DNA of 63,695 nucleotides, filler included, from Octopus bimaculoides (GCF_001194135.2; 5 parts of 5 records of this genome joined end to end with filler, not necessarily neighbours in it); one strand, 5' to 3'; positions 27,053 through 41,640 are shown, counted from the first letter of the whole stretch. Notes: generated from the letters alone by a model not told the origin. Numbers and translations: made by a program.

Positions 27053-27582
27053 TATATGCGTGTGTATGTGTGTGTATTACGTAATTATTTATATTCATAT
27101 ATGTATATGTGTAGCAATATATATGTAGAGGCAATTATGCGGATAAACAGATTAAATATATCAGTTATAATAGTTTAGGTATGAAATACAAAATATATAG
27201 ATATGTATACATGCACAAAGAGTGGAAATAATGGGTGAAGACGTTTAGACGATGAATATTTAAGTATAAAAATATAGATATTTATATTGATAGATTCAAA
27301 TTACACAGAGTACAAACGACAGAGAAAATTAAAGGGGAAGGAGTGAGGTGTTATAAGTCCAACAGCTGTTTCTGGAGGTTCAATGATTCATCATAATGTT
27401 CGTAGATCTTGTTCATCGCAATATGCAGGCCGTTATGGAAGCAATGAACATTAGTTAAATCGAGCCTCTGCCATCAGAGTAGAAAAGATCTTATATTTCA
27501 GATCATAATGTAGAGACGTTTAAAGGTAGACTGATTAAATATGGGGAGCTAGCAGAATTTTGAATGTTGTATCTCTCCAGAT

Positions 27583-27970
27583 TGCTTCCTAACCACATGG
27601 TGCCAGGTTCACTCATACTCCGTGGAACCTTGGGCAAGTGTCTTCTGCTATAGCCTCGAGCCGACCAAAGCCTTTTCAGTAAATTTGGTAGACAAAAACT
27701 GAAAGAAGCCTGTCGTATATGGGTGTGCCTGTGTGCCTGTCTTTGTGTGCATGTGTGTGTGTGTGTCTTTGTGTCTGTGTTTCTCCCTACCAACGCTTGA
27801 CAACTGGTGTTGGTGTGTTTATGTTCCCGTAAATTAGCAGTTCGGCAAAAGATCGACAATGTAAGTACCAGACTTTAAAAAAATGTACTGGGGTCAATTT
27901 ATTCGACTAAAAAGATGGTGCACTAGCATTGCCAGAGTATAATGACTGAAGCGGGTAAAATGTAAGATAA
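27583..27970 (+). mobile_element. SINE family A, diverged near-full-length copy
   Basis: aaccacatgg...gaaagaagcctgtcg, central microsatellite and 3' part. Confidence 0.75.
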
Positions 27971-27991
27971 AAAATACATACATACATACAT

Positions 27992-28031
<40 letters not shown>

Positions 28032-29060
28032 GCAATACACATTCATGTATGGATGGAGAGATATAAAATCCTATTACACAATCTAGAATTACAGTGTTCG
28101 TAATGTTCAAAATGTTTGAACGAAATGAAAAAGCGAACAGAATAACGTTTCATGTTTTCAGTTCAATACTTCGAATTCATCCTTTTTCTCCAGAGGAACT
28201 CCTTGTTGACCTCTTCTTCATTTGTCTTTGTAGCGATGCTTCAATAACCTTCCACATATTTTATGCTGTTATTTGTCTTATTTCTATGTCAGTACGGACG
28301 TTTACACTTTGCAACAAAACTACTTCACAACAATAGCGTATTGTTCGCTCATAACGTGCCAAGAAGACAACGTCAATTTATATTTCAGTTGTTCGTCTGT
28401 AATTTCAGCTTATACAAATCTCCAGTCTGGAATTTCATCTTTCTTGTCCACATACTATTCCTGAATTTTCTTGTATTTGCATTTAATGATTGATGACTGC
28501 TCTGTTACATTTTCCGGATTACAGGTATCTGCGAATATTTTCTTTACGACCAGTATTTTGTTTCTATTTCGTGTCCAGAGAGATTCAAACTTTTATCGAT
28601 ACCCACTCTGTATTCGTTCAGCAGACTGTTTTATAACTGCAGCGGTTTATCTAAAGCGTATTAATCTGTCAGTAATGCAAACCGCAAAGAAAATATGTCA
28701 ATAAGATTTTATGAATTAGTTCTATACCAATAGTTCTTAAAGTGGATGTTATCAGTTACCGCGGGATTCTGTAAACGCTTAAGGTTGTTTTCTTTGTGTA
28801 GGCATTCATGAATGGTTTTGTGATTTAACATTAAATCTATTTTCAAATCTTTTATGTTATTATGTATAATGTTGTGGGACTCATACTGTTACGTAATGCT
28901 ATATACATAACTACAAAGAAGGAGGTGCAGGTTGAAGGTGACAATAATCTAAAACGCTTAAGGAATCACTATTCCAAACCTATTTTGGTATAGACCTACA
29001 CAACCTTCAATAATGTTACATTGCTTCATTTTATTGAAACACATACTCAAAATCATATGC

Positions 29061-29098
<38 letters not shown>

Positions 29099-29108
29099 NN
29101 NNNNNNNN

Positions 29109-29146
<38 letters not shown>

Positions 29147-29211
29147 GCAAACACACAAACTCACATACTCACTCGCACAAACACACACGCACACACACAA
29201 ATCAAAAGGTA

Positions 29212-30434
29212 CGTGGGGGTGTTCATTAAATATTTCCCCTGACCTACTTTCAGTAATTACAGGAAACGGAACTTGTACAGGTATAATTATATACGTCTCT
29301 GCATATCACATTGTGATTTGCAGCTTTCCACTAGTATTTTTTTGACTTTTACGGCTGCTGAAGTGGACTGGGGTGTTATAATGGAGGCAGTTGAATGCAG
29401 ATCAGTGATCAGGTATTTATACTTGAAAGGTTGTACACCAAAAGAGACTTTCGATGAAATGAAAGAACTTTATGGTGACGATGCACCATCATACGACGTA
29501 GTCAACCACTGGCACCGCCAGTTCAAATGTGGATGGATATCGGTGGAAACTGCTGCTATTCCTGGACAACCACACTCCGCCATTGATGACAACACCAGCC
29601 ATAAAGTGGAAGCCACCATTTTGGAAGATCACCGAAAAACTATTCGGCAACTAGACCAAGAAGTGAAGATAAGTGTAGAGAACGTGGAAAAAATCATTCA
29701 CAACCATTTACACTTGCAGAAGTTGTCTGCATGATGGATTCCCTGGATGCTCACACCTTTTCAGAAGCAGGTTTGAGTCAATTGCTCCCGGGCCCTTTTG
29801 GCAATGTGCCTAGAGAACGAGGAGGACTTTTTCGGCAGACTTGTCATACAGGAGGAAATATGGGTCCATCACTATGATCCTGAGACTAAATTCCAGTCAA
29901 AGTAATAGAAGCATGATAACTCACCACCTCCAAAGAAGGCTCGTGTCCAACTATCAGCAGGCAAGGTGATGCTCAGTCTTTTGAGACCAGCGCAGAGTAG
30001 TGATATTGGTTTTTCTGGGGCGTATTATACTTCTCTGCTGCAGAAATTGCGAGACGTCATCAAAGCATAGATGTGTGGCATGCTGACCAAAAGAGTCCGC
30101 CCCCTCCAAGACAACGCCCCAGTTCACAATGTGCATGCTGCCCAGATGAAAGCACAATCCTGCGACTATGAAATCCTCTTTCCAAACATGAAGTCTTTTA
30201 TGAAGGAGAAACACTTTTCGGCTGATGATGAACTTATTTCCAGGGTAAAATCTTGGATCCAGACACAAACTACCGACTTCTACAGACGAGGTCTTCACAA
30301 CTGCATATAGCGATGGGAGAAATGTGTCACCATTGGTGGTGGCTATATAGAGAAGTACTAATAATTATGCCAAGTTTCGTTTATCCCAGTCCTTGGGAAG
30401 TGAGTCATGGGAAATCTTTAATGAACTCCCTTTG
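29212..30434 (+). mobile_element. Full-length decayed Tc1/mariner (mariner-type) DNA transposon
   Basis: Imperfect TIRs (left TACGTGGGGGTGTTCATTAAATATTTCCCCTGAC; right, reverse-complemented, TACAAAGGGAGTTCATTAAAGATTTCCCATGAC) flanked by TA at 29210-29211 and 30435-30436, enclosing a transposase remnant. Confidence 0.92.
29381..30362 (+). pseudogene. Mariner transposase pseudogene
   Basis: MEAVECRSVIRYLYLKGCTPKETFDEMKELYGDDAPSYDVVNHWHRQFKCG (HTH region), W(I)PWML, WVHHYDPE, SAGKVML and LQDNAPVH motifs. Several stops and frameshifts. The first catalytic Asp reads as Glu and the YSPDLAP segment is missing. Confidence 0.9.
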
Positions 30435-30704
30435 TAATCCTCATTTCCAACTTAACGTGGAGATTATGTCAGAACACAGAATTCTGAATTACTTACCTTG
30501 AGAGAACGTCTGGGGACTCGTTGGGCATAAAAGCAGCCGTAGTTATAACGAAATTATAAACGATATACTTACGAGTGTTTTTATGTAGCATGAGTCCTTA
30601 TGAGGTATCCTCTCGTGGTAAATAACGCAGTATTATATGTTCTAACACAACATCCACCATATGTTGGAATTCAAGATTAACTTTTGGCTATATATATATA
30701 AAGA

Positions 30705-31043
30705 GTAAAGACCCCCTTCGATTATGACTAACCGTGATATTGCACCTAGAAAGTTCCCCTCCGAGGCCCAGGTGCGAGTAAGGTTGTTTATGGAAGACCA
30801 GCAGTCGCTCATGCATAGCAGCCTCCCCTCTCCACACCACCGATGTTACCCAAGGGAAAGGCAAAAGCAGATACAGCTTGGCACCAGTGACGTTGCAACT
30901 CATTTCTACAGGTGAGTGAACTGAAGCAACGGGAAATAAAGTGTTTTGCTCAAGAAAACAGCACACAGCCCAGTCTGGGAATCGAACTCACTACCTCCTG
31001 ATTGTGAGCCCGACGCTCGAACCACTGAAGCATGCGCCTTCAC
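30705..31043 (-). mobile_element. tRNA-derived SINE family D, full length
   Basis: Minus-strand head GTGAAGGCGCATGCTTCAGTGGTTCGAGCG...GAGTTCGATTCCC with A/B boxes. Confidence 0.8.
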
Positions 31044-31055
31044 ACGCAGATATAT

Positions 31056-31134
<79 letters not shown>

Positions 31135-31212
31135 TGTGTGAATCACACAAGTTAGCACACGCAATCAGAACAAGGTGAAGAAAATATTACTACCAAAGGA
31201 ACCGAAAAATAG

Positions 31213-31353
31213 TTTTATTTAGGCTGAAAAAAGCTCCACAAACTGTGACTGTTCATGAGACAGTTGTGACAATTCAGTATGATAATGTTTTATTCGAAAT
31301 TCCCACAACTGTCTGCAGTTTGTGATGTCCTTTTTTATTTAGCCTAAATAGAA
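31213..31353. repeat. MITE-like hairpin
   Basis: Nested inverted segments tatttaggct/agcctaaata, cacaaactg/cagtttgtg and agacagttgtg/cacaactgtct. Confidence 0.55.
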
Positions 31354-31371
31354 TCAAGTCCGGGTGTACGA

Positions 31372-31408
<37 letters not shown>

Positions 31409-33013
31409 AACATATATATAAACATATATTTCCATGTTTCTGATATTTTTTTATGTATTCTGTATGTATTCTTGCATAAATACATTTGCACGAGTGGTTA
31501 TGAGTTTATCTCGATTACATGAAATGGTGATGTTATTAAATTAGACATCCTGATGATGGTTGAAAACTATCTTAGTTTACCTAAAAAGTAACAAAACATT
31601 TCAACATCGTATATTATTGATATTTTGAAGTAAATACAATATTAGTTATTTTTTCCCCACGTTTGTTTATTACAATTTACGTTTTCTACCGTGTGGTTGT
31701 TGGCTTCCAGGCATATCGGTCCGTTTTTAATAATCAAATAAAGTTTGGCGTTTTATTCTCGTATTCAAGCATAATACATTTATCATATAGTGAGGGAGAA
31801 TCTATTTTTTAAACATTTTTCTTTCATTGTTATGTTCAACTACGAGGACAAAATCTATTGCTCAAAACCTGTTTAAGCTAACCAGTTAGATATTTTCATA
31901 TTTAGAGTAATTTTTATGCCGTTTTACTACTTCCTGTGATCTGGCCTTCGTTATGCTTTCCGAACAGGCCTGATAACTGAGCCTCTATCTGGTCACTCAC
32001 TCTGCTAGAAATTGCAACTAAATCTATCAGAAAGTATCGCCTACGGTCTTGAAAAGATAATAGTAAATTAACTAATGAAGGCTTAACCACTAGATTTAAG
32101 AAATCGATAGGATGGTCATGTTTGGAAAGCCATTGGTCATATATCAACTCGAGTAGGCCAGACTCGAGTTAAACAATTACAGCAACTCATTTCTCACTGG
32201 TTTAAAACTGTAAACTTGCTGAACAAGAGGATTTATGGATATTTACTCATGTTTTATGTATTGAATGAGTTTATATTTTTATAAATTCCGTAGACAGAAC
32301 AATAAATTACAGATAGAGATATGGGCATAGCCTCAAAGACAAATATTGTTAGACGGAACAAGAATACTTTCAGGCGCCGAAGTTTTGACCCTCTGAAAAT
32401 TCAAGGGAGAATCGTTATATATTCACAGACCCATCCTTGACTTTTCGAGCCAGGATCAACATGCAGGTTCAGCACTTCTTTTGTAGTTCCTGAATAAAGT
32501 GAAAACGATTATTGATTTGCAACAAACTAAATAGCTAGTTGTAAAATCTCAAGAAGAAATCAGAGTAGTAACTATACTAAAAAGTAGGGTCAGTCGCCAC
32601 ATCAAAGTGGCTGTTCCATGTACCTACCAGTTTAACACCAGGCAGATCATCCGCCAGCTGGTGATCGGTTCGACACTGCACGCCTTATATAGAATATATA
32701 TTGCTTGCAAGGGGAGCGAACCCCTACCATCCCATAGAGATACACAAGCAAAATGGTATGATTATAACCATAATCAACTTTCCCTTTTTTTTCTCTATTC
32801 TCTTCTTTATTTATTCTTCACTCTGATGGAGCTCAGATCGGTTTTATGACTAAATACGATAAATATTTTTAGCATATCAAGGGCAATACCATACAACATT
32901 GGAAGCAGAAACAGCTGTTAGATGGGATGCAGTCTATTTGTATTAAATTAGCAAATAATAATTGATGTAAGTCAATTGTTGTTCATCAATATTTCTCCAT
33001 TTTCTGTTTTCTT

Positions 33014-33074
<61 letters not shown>

Positions 33075-34493
33075 CTGAGGAAACAGAACTTCGGTATTCA
33101 CATTTTATACAAACTTATTTAAATTTTCTGTCTTCATTAATTCATTGTTTGCCAAGACAGACTACTGTCAGTTTCAAAAGAATATAGTGATATTTTGTGT
33201 ACGTTTATTTGCTTTCAATTACATATTTTAATAGTATATCGATGAAGATAAACACTTACTAATCTGTCGTATAATCGACGGACTGTGTCAGACAAACATT
33301 AGTTACACGAGGGAAAACAAATTAGTTTCTGTTTAGACATTAGTTTTGAAAGTGCCCAGAGAGAAATTAAGTAGATGTGTGAATACATGCGTGTGCGTGC
33401 GTGCATGTATGTGCGTATGTGTATACGTGTGTGTGTGTGTATGTATGAATATGTGTGTATATTAGTATGTTATAATATACACGTATATGCTCTCACATAC
33501 TCTCATACATAGATACATATATGTATTCATATATGTATTCATATATATGTGTGTGGCAGTGGCAGTGTTTTTATATATGTATGTATATATGCATGTATAT
33601 AAATATATGATTACAGTTATGCTGACGCATGAACTTAGGTTTTAGTTGACCATATTGATCCTAGAGCTTATTTCAATCCAGTAATTATTATAACGACTTT
33701 TTATTTATCAAACAGTCAAGTTGTTTTCTGCCGAAAAGAATACGACTAGAAGTAACATTTTTCTGAATGATGTCCTTGAGAAATTAGCAATGAATTGTCT
33801 GTTATTTGGTCTCAAAGAAAAGTGAGGTAATTTCAAGAAATTCATAATTTTGTTGGCAGATAATTTAATATTTAGGATAACCTATGGGGTGCACAAAAAA
33901 CAGGGAGAATACGAACAATAATGCATCCATTCATTCTCAATACATTCTGGCACATTCGAACTTCAATACCTGATTGCTGTTGGTTCTCGTCATTGGAGAT
34001 CTTGTCCTATTAGACGATGTGTGTACATAACACGCATCAACAAATAATTTGTTTGCTGGTGTCTATAAATAAGAACCTGTACACTTCTTAGCTTCATTTA
34101 TCCGGTGTGGTAGCGTTAACTGAAAAGACACACAGTAAGGCCGTAATACTGAAATACCCACAAAGTCCCATTACTGACAGTTTAATGACGAGTGCTTCTG
34201 ATAGGACCCAATAGAAAGGTACCTAACGATCCTACACCCACTACCCTCTGCCCACCCACTATCACAGAGATAATGGACGGAGAGAATGCATGGAAGGATA
34301 TGTGTATGTATGTATGTATGCATGTATGTATGTATGTATGTATGTATGTATGTATGTATGTATGTACGCATTTATGTATATATGCATGTATGTATATGTG
34401 CGTATGAGTGTGTCTCGTTCATATGTAACTTGCAATGAGTAAAACGTTTCGTTAGACCTATTGAAGGATATTCGTCATGATGTAAATATGGAG

Positions 34494-34642
34494 CCCAGTA
34501 CTCAACCAGTACTTATTTTATCAACCCCAAATGATGAATGGCAAAGTCGATCTCGGCGGCATTTGGAATCTGAACGTGAAGACGGACGAAATGCCGCTAA
34601 GCATTTCGCTCCACCCGCTAAGTATTCTGCCATCTCGCTGCC
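34494..34642 (-). mobile_element. SINE family B
   Basis: Diverged reverse complement of the family B head. Confidence 0.7.
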
Positions 34643-34789
34643 TTATAAGCATAATAATATTAAAATAATCGTTTTGAATTTTGTGTTAAATGACTTAGTC
34701 TCAATCTGTAATTATTTGTGTACATCATCCTTATTTTTTACGTCCTTTCTTTTAATCGTACTCGCAATGAGTTGGATTACTGTGAGAGT

Positions 34790-35030
34790 GGAAGTCGACA
34801 TTTGTTGCAACCTTTGAGCATCTCTCTCGTAAGGTTCAGCATCCTCAGAACAGGTTTCACAAAGTTTTCTACACCATTATCAGTGTTTCTTTTCTGCAGA
34901 ATCTTTCTTTTGCTTGATTCTTCTTTCTCCAACTGTTATCTTTTCTGTGTATCATGTGTCCGTGTTGACGAAGTAGTTTTTCTTGAACACTGTGTTACGC
35001 TTAAAAATCTTTTCAAAGTGGAATAAATTG
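34790..35030 (-). mobile_element. Possible RTE-like LINE C-terminal remnant
   Basis: The minus frame EKLLRQHGHMIHRKD resembles the RLRW.GH..R motif; heavily decayed. Confidence 0.35.
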
Positions 35031-36319
35031 CAATAATCAACATTAGTTTACAAGAATATTAATTTGATATATGTTGAAGGACTTTTTGTCTCAGGATATT
35101 TCTTCAAGATATTTATGGCTGATTAACTAAACGTATTGGTCTACTGATTCTCTGGTTGAATACAGATAATGTGTATTTTTTCTAACATAAATAGGAACCC
35201 TATGGAAATTAAGGATGCAAATACAATGAAAATAAATGCTGTCAATAATATCTTCACGATTCAAGGAAGTATTATTTCTGGTGTTGTGACAATTACTTTT
35301 AGAAAGCAGTCATCCAAACAACTATTGAAATTTTAAATAATGACAAACAAATCATCTTTGACAGGTCTTTGAAATAAAGCATATATTTTTATTTAAATTT
35401 CATAATAGGTTTCTATCAAACCAACATGCTGTAAAGAGATGCAAACCCAGTTTAGCTGATAGATTGATCGATTGTGCATCAGAGTATAGCGGTTTAATCA
35501 TATCTGTCAAAATTGTGACTACGTTTTGTATCCTAATTAATCTGGAGAATGCTATTGGAGTTGAAACGTTCATCATATACCGAAATCTAGAAGTTTTTCA
35601 AGTGGTCAAATTGTGGAAGAAAAAATGTAACCTTATAATATAAATTTTCAAAATCTGAATATTTATCTTCGCACCAGGTTCCTTTACTAGGTTCCTTTAC
35701 CTCTTTAACCTATTCACTTGTGGGGTATAGTATTCGAACAAGCATTGGTAATAAATTAGTGATTAAAATTCTGAAAAGATAATGTGTACGAAACTTTTCA
35801 TAAATAGATGCTTCCTGATCGGATTATGGCATAATATTCCTCAGTTCTTCACAGATTGTAGAAATAAATCCGTCGTTTAGTTTGGTGTTGTAATTCATAA
35901 AAGTTAAAAACGATTTATCAAACCTAACAAGTTTTATATGTGTTGGCTTCAGTGTTTGTGTTATGGAATAATGGAAGGTAGAACTCTAACTCTATCAAAG
36001 ATTTTGCTTTTCCTCTTTATGCCCGAAATGCTAATGTAAATTTTTTTATGCTTTTCCGATAACGTTCATAGAACATAAAAATTATATAAAGGAGCATTTT
36101 TTTTTTTATTAACGTCGCTCGTGTGAAACCATACTTATAGTTTTCATCTTCTACTTTGCAAATTGAATAAATTTGGTATCGGAAAATATACTGACAAGAA
36201 TTTACATATCTGTCTGTGCGTTTATGTGTTTGTGTGCGTGTGTGCAAATATAAACTCTAAAACATATATTGCATACGCTTTCTCGCCTTTTAACATCTCA
36301 AAGTATGTGCATACATACA

Positions 36320-36392
<73 letters not shown>

Positions 36393-36432
36393 TAGAGTTT
36401 ATCCGGTTAAAGGTGATGATGATGATGATGAC

Positions 36433-36463
<31 letters not shown>

Positions 36464-37992
36464 TTCATCGATTGCATATTCAGAGATTATTGGGAAATAA
36501 CGCAAATATTTTAGCTATATGAAATCTCTATAAAATATATTGTAATTTGTCTTCCAAATTTGTAGTATACTCATATACAATACTGTAGACTTAATTGGTA
36601 ATTCTGTCATTGCCACAGCTACAAGCATACTGAAGTCTATGGGGTGGGGTCTAATAAAAGCAAGACGTATCCGAAATTACCTTATGTACTTCTCAAAATG
36701 ATTCAATAGGGAACTAGCGTTGTCTTTTCCTCACCACGTAAGTATTTTTAATTAGATTTTTGTTAACATTAAATGTTAATACTAAATTTACGTTTCCCAT
36801 GCGGATAATATCTCCAAGTATTTAACATTTGCGATCTATTAATGTCTTTACATTATGCTAATTCTTTACGCCCACTAGTGAACAATGTTCTACATCTGAT
36901 TCGTAATACTTACGTCACTACTTCAACAAGTACAGTAATATTTATGGTTCGTTGAGGATTTCTAATAACACAGAAAATGCCCAGAGTTCACCATCACCCG
37001 GTCATCATATTTTCCGAACCAAAATGATTAAAATAGTGTCATAAATTTATACAATATAGAAATTTCAAAACGTATTGTATTTTCAAAGATACTTACTTAT
37101 TTCCTATTTTAAAAAATTGATTTGAAAATTAGCGTAATATTCCCCGAGCAGATATTAGCCAAATTTCAGAGAAAAACATAAAGGTTTTAATAGCTGTGTT
37201 TTCAAGTAATTTTATTAAGGTAGCCTGAATGCCAATGACAAAGAGTTAGCTCTTTGCCTTACCAAAGCATTTTCCGCAAGTTTGTATTGAAATTTTTCAT
37301 CATTTCACACAGAGTACAAGAAAATTTATCTTAATACATGTCTTCACAAAGCATTGAGAAAACAACTCTGACAGTATTTTATAAGATGTCTGGTGCCCTC
37401 ACAGAATCCTCAGGCTCTGCTCACATGACATAACAAGCTATAATAGGACGATATAATAAGGGAAAATATGAGAAAATGCAGAGGAGGAAGACGGGAAGGA
37501 CAATGAGGAGGAAGACGACGACGAGGAGAACGAAGGGGATGATGACGGGGACGAAGAGGATAAGGATGAGGATGAAGAGGATGAGGAGGAGGGTGAGGAG
37601 AAGGAAGACGAGGAGGACGAGGACGAGGAAGACGAGGACGAGGTGGAAGAGGAGAACTGTTATCATCATCATCCTTACTGACTTGGCAAAGGTCGCACAT
37701 GTTTCGCTAGGAGAAATGCAATCGATTTCATCGGCAATATCATGGCAGGTGTAGAACTTCTTTTATCGACCACGAAGAGTTATGAAAAACAATTTTTTCT
37801 TAAATAATAATAAATAACCAAGATATCTGGATCTACGCATTTACATACCTCATGGCAAGCAATAAATAACACGGTTTGCGTTAAGAATGCACATATAAAG
37901 GATTACTGCATAAGAACGCTATGCAGTGAAATAATGTAATAAATAATTCTGACATGCTAGCTATATTATTAATATTGATCAACAACAACAAC

Positions 37993-38063
<71 letters not shown>

Positions 38064-38064
38064 C

Positions 38065-38105
<41 letters not shown>

Positions 38106-38106
38106 C

Positions 38107-38152
<46 letters not shown>
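37993..38152. repeat. (AGT)n tract
   Basis: Direct inspection. Confidence 0.95.
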
Positions 38153-38153
<1 letters not shown>

Positions 38154-38159
38154 ATAAAG

Positions 38160-38415
38160 AGAATGGAAAGTCCCAAATGATGAGAAAATCAATATGAGAG
38201 GAATAGAAAAAATAGCAAGGTTCTAGGACCTAGCCATTGAATTACAGAGACTATGGAAAGTGCGGGTAAAATGTATCCCAGTAATTATAGGTGCATTAGA
38301 AACTATCCCTAAAGATCCAAACAGACTGATAGAGGAAATAGGCATAAAACCCAGTCTTGTACCGCTCCAGGAAACAGTGTTAATAGGGACAGCTAGGATA
38401 CTTACTTGGCAGCTA
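38160..38415 (+). mobile_element. R4/Dong-like RLE C-terminal fragment
   Basis: EKIARF*DLAIELQRLWKVRVKCIPVIIGALETIPKD...LQETVLIGTARIL; flanked by (AGT)n upstream and (AAT)n downstream. Confidence 0.8.
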
Positions 38416-38483
38416 AGGTTATTGTTGTTTCCAGATGTGAGGAATTTTTCTTTTCCAACAGTCTAATTCGTTGTGCGTATATA

Positions 38484-38532
<49 letters not shown>

Positions 38533-38537
38533 TTTTA

Positions 38538-38715
38538 AGGGAGGGGGCCAGTCGATTAGATCGACCCTAGTACGCAACTGGTAATTAATTTATCGATCCC
38601 GATAGGATGCAAACCAAAGTCGACCTCGGCGGAATTTGAAATCAGTCGGTAACGGCAGACGAAATACCGCTAAGCATTTCGCCCGGCGTGCTAACGTTTC
38701 TGCCAGCTCGCCGCC
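38538..38715 (-). mobile_element. SINE family B
   Basis: Ends tctgccagctcgccgcc. Confidence 0.82.
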
Positions 38716-39284
38716 TTATCCAACGTAAAATATTGTCCCAAAAATATTTTAATCCGTATTCAGAGTCAAAATACTTTTAAATGTACATAACAGCAAACAC
38801 ATTTTACTCTCATCTTAACATCTGACAATCATCTTATAATCAAATTACTTTTAAAACAAACTTCTAATTTGCTTGTTTTGACAGACATTTCTAGAACAAT
38901 ACACTGTGCAAAATCAAATATATGACACCCTAGTCATAACTCCAACTTGAACCTCTAACTTGTTTACTGAGGTCTCTGGGTGAGAACTGGAGTCAGCTTG
39001 TACAACGCGATACGTGTGCGCGTGTATGTGATATGTATGCGGTTGTGTGCACGTGATGTGTGTTTGAGTTTTAAACTAATTATTAGAAATCTTCCTTCCA
39101 GGAAGATGTGTTTCTAAGAAAGAAACACCCGTTGTTGGAATTTAAATAACAACGTTAAGTTTTACAGGTTGAACTTCAGAAAAATCTTACATACTTTTAC
39201 TGTTCTGCTTACAAGTTAACTTTGTAGAATGTAGTGGATTTTTGTTGTTGTTGTTTTTTTGTTTGAAAATCCTAGTTTACTAAT

Positions 39285-39750
39285 ATTTATAAAACCTGAT
39301 CAAGAAATACCAGTAATTATTTGTATAAATGTCAATTTATAATCAGGGAACAAAAGCTGCAAGTTTCGAAACATTTGTCCAGAGCTGTTCTCCTCCTCTC
39401 AGATTTTAGAAGAGATATTCACATCCGCAGGGCAGCTGACCTAATTAGATATCATTATTCTTTTATTCTTTTATTCCTAAAATCGCTATATCAGACATGT
39501 TATGGATGCGCATGTTAAAAGTGCTGAAGAAAATGTTCCACCAATATTTTTTTGTGTTGATATGTATGTATTCACTAACAGAGATGTTGTCGATATTTAT
39601 CCCGAGGCAGCGGATGGCATATCTTTTGAGCAACACCATAGTGAGGATAACTTTTTGACAGAAGCTGATCGCATGTGTGAGATACTTGATATTTACATTC
39701 GAACCTTGGGAGTTTTAGTGCTTCACATTTGGTTTTCATCATATTTATGA
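39285..39750 (-). mobile_element. Degraded RLE-type LINE fragment
   Basis: Minus-strand frames give YWWNI...HNMSDIAI and SCPADVNISSKI*EEENSSGQMFRNLQLLFPDYKLTFIQIITG, matching a PD..D-type RLE region. Confidence 0.6.
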
Positions 39751-40234
39751 ACGAAAGAATAAAACCAGTGGGTAGAGAATTAACAACAATCAGTAGTACA
39801 TCAGATACAATGACTATAAGTGTGTGTGTGTGTGTGTAGATAGATAGATAGATGTAAACTTACGTAGTAGGCATACAAAGATGGCAAATTTTTCTCTTTC
39901 ACAGCAAACTGAAAAAATCGTCAACAGTTAATTTTCGCCCCTTTTGGGAGTCACATCAAAGATATCTACATCAGTTGACGAATCCCAGGGAACAAGCAAC
40001 CAATCTGTTTAAATACACGATAAATTCAGTAGCTTCAGAAAACTGTGGCAACTAATTTGCATATAATAAATATTTAACACTTTTATTTAATACTATGGTA
40101 TGTGTGCGTGCGTGTGTGTGTGTATGTATGTGTGTTCGTGTGTGCGTGTTACATGTATTCTTAAATAATGCATCTCTAAAGAACTGGAGAAAATTATCAT
40201 ATATGGAAATCTGGAGAAAGAGTTTGCAAGAATA

Positions 40235-40520
40235 CAACTTTGAAATTAAAAGCTATGCCATTCACCAAAATGGACAGCACTGCATAATACCATAATACCA
40301 AAGACCCCGTCTTCTCCATCTCGAATAATGAACCAGAACTGCAACAGCTTGTGTTTCAAGGAACCGCAACTCTTCAACATCCTGCCAAACAACCTCAGAG
40401 ATTTACGTGGTGGAAATCTTCAAAAAGCAACTGGAAAAAATTTCGATCTGAAATCCGAGATGAACCCACATCACGGCAGTAGACAAAATGAAAAACAGCT
40501 CCGGCCAACTTACTTCTTCA
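40235..40520 (+). mobile_element. LINE ORF2 3' fragment, same family as 1165-1600
   Basis: CNSLCFKEPQLFNILPNNLRDL and the gatgaacccacatcacggcag motif shared with the other two copies; frameshifted. Confidence 0.75.
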
Positions 40521-41286
40521 CCAAAAACAGGACAGAAAGTAAACCCAAACACACTGAAAGGCGGTACTCCAGCATGGCCCCAGCCTTTAGCTAAAACCTG
40601 TATGATAAAAATAAAAGTAAAAAGAATAGGAAATATAACCAATCCCTACGTGCCTTGATAATAGGCGCCTTGAAAATCAATTAAAGCATGTAGGCAAATG
40701 AATAGCCAAAACGCTGGCACTGTCAAAAATGCTCCAGATACAGAATTTAGCATTACTGTACTTTGCAAACCACATTATGCAGAGTGATTTTGATATGATA
40801 GAAAATATAAAGTTAAAATAAGAGACTGCAACTATTTAAGGCATACAGATCTGATTATGTGGGACAGCGAAGGCTTGCAATAAATAAAAAAAAAAGGTTT
40901 CTGGAATATAACAAGAAACAATAAAAATCGATGGATTTCTGTGTGTACGGACATAAAAACTCACTCTGAAATTAAAGTGAACGATAAAATATGAATGAAA
41001 CACTGTAAATGCAAACGTGGCTATCACAATTACTGAAAATATATGGAAACATCAATATCAAGGGAATAAAGCAAATATTCCATATAGTTAGAAGGAAAGT
41101 TTGAACTATCTCAGACCTTTGTGTATAAGATTATCAAGATCTAAATATGAAAAGAAGAAAACAAACATGTAGAAACAAAAACAAATACATACATAGACAC
41201 GCGCGTGCACACACACACACACACACACAACGACGCACGCGAACACACTCACATACATACGTACATACATAAATGCATATATATAC

Positions 41287-41327
<41 letters not shown>

Positions 41328-41386
41328 TACATACATGTATATACATATATACACACATACATGTACATATATACATATATATATAT

Positions 41387-41486
41387 NNNNNNNNNNNNNN
41401 NNNNNNNNNNNNNNNNNNNNNNNNNNNNNNTTAATTAATTAANNNNNNNNNNNNNNNNNNNNNNNNNNNNNNNNNNNNNNNNNNNN
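41387..41486. other. Synthetic scaffold join
   Basis: 44 N + TTAATTAATTAA (41431-41442) + 44 N. Confidence 0.93.
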
Positions 41487-41590
41487 GAGAGAGAGTAAGA
41501 GTATGAGTGATTGCATATATATATATATATGTGTATGTATATATATATACATACATATATATAGTTGACATACATACACCCAAACACAAC

Positions 41591-41640
<50 letters not shown>

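Noticed and set aside
28130-28700. Possible decayed LINE endonuclease region (also 60400-60900)
   Set aside because: Only vague residue patterns across many stops; not supportable without a profile search.
30975-31043. tRNA genes at SINE heads (also 5844, 56638, 57825)
   Set aside because: A/B-box-like heads continue into SINE bodies and do not form complete cloverleaves.
31914-32147. 77-aa minus-strand ORF (MIYDQWLSKHDHPIDF...)
   Set aside because: TTG start, no motif and no splice context; within chance expectation.
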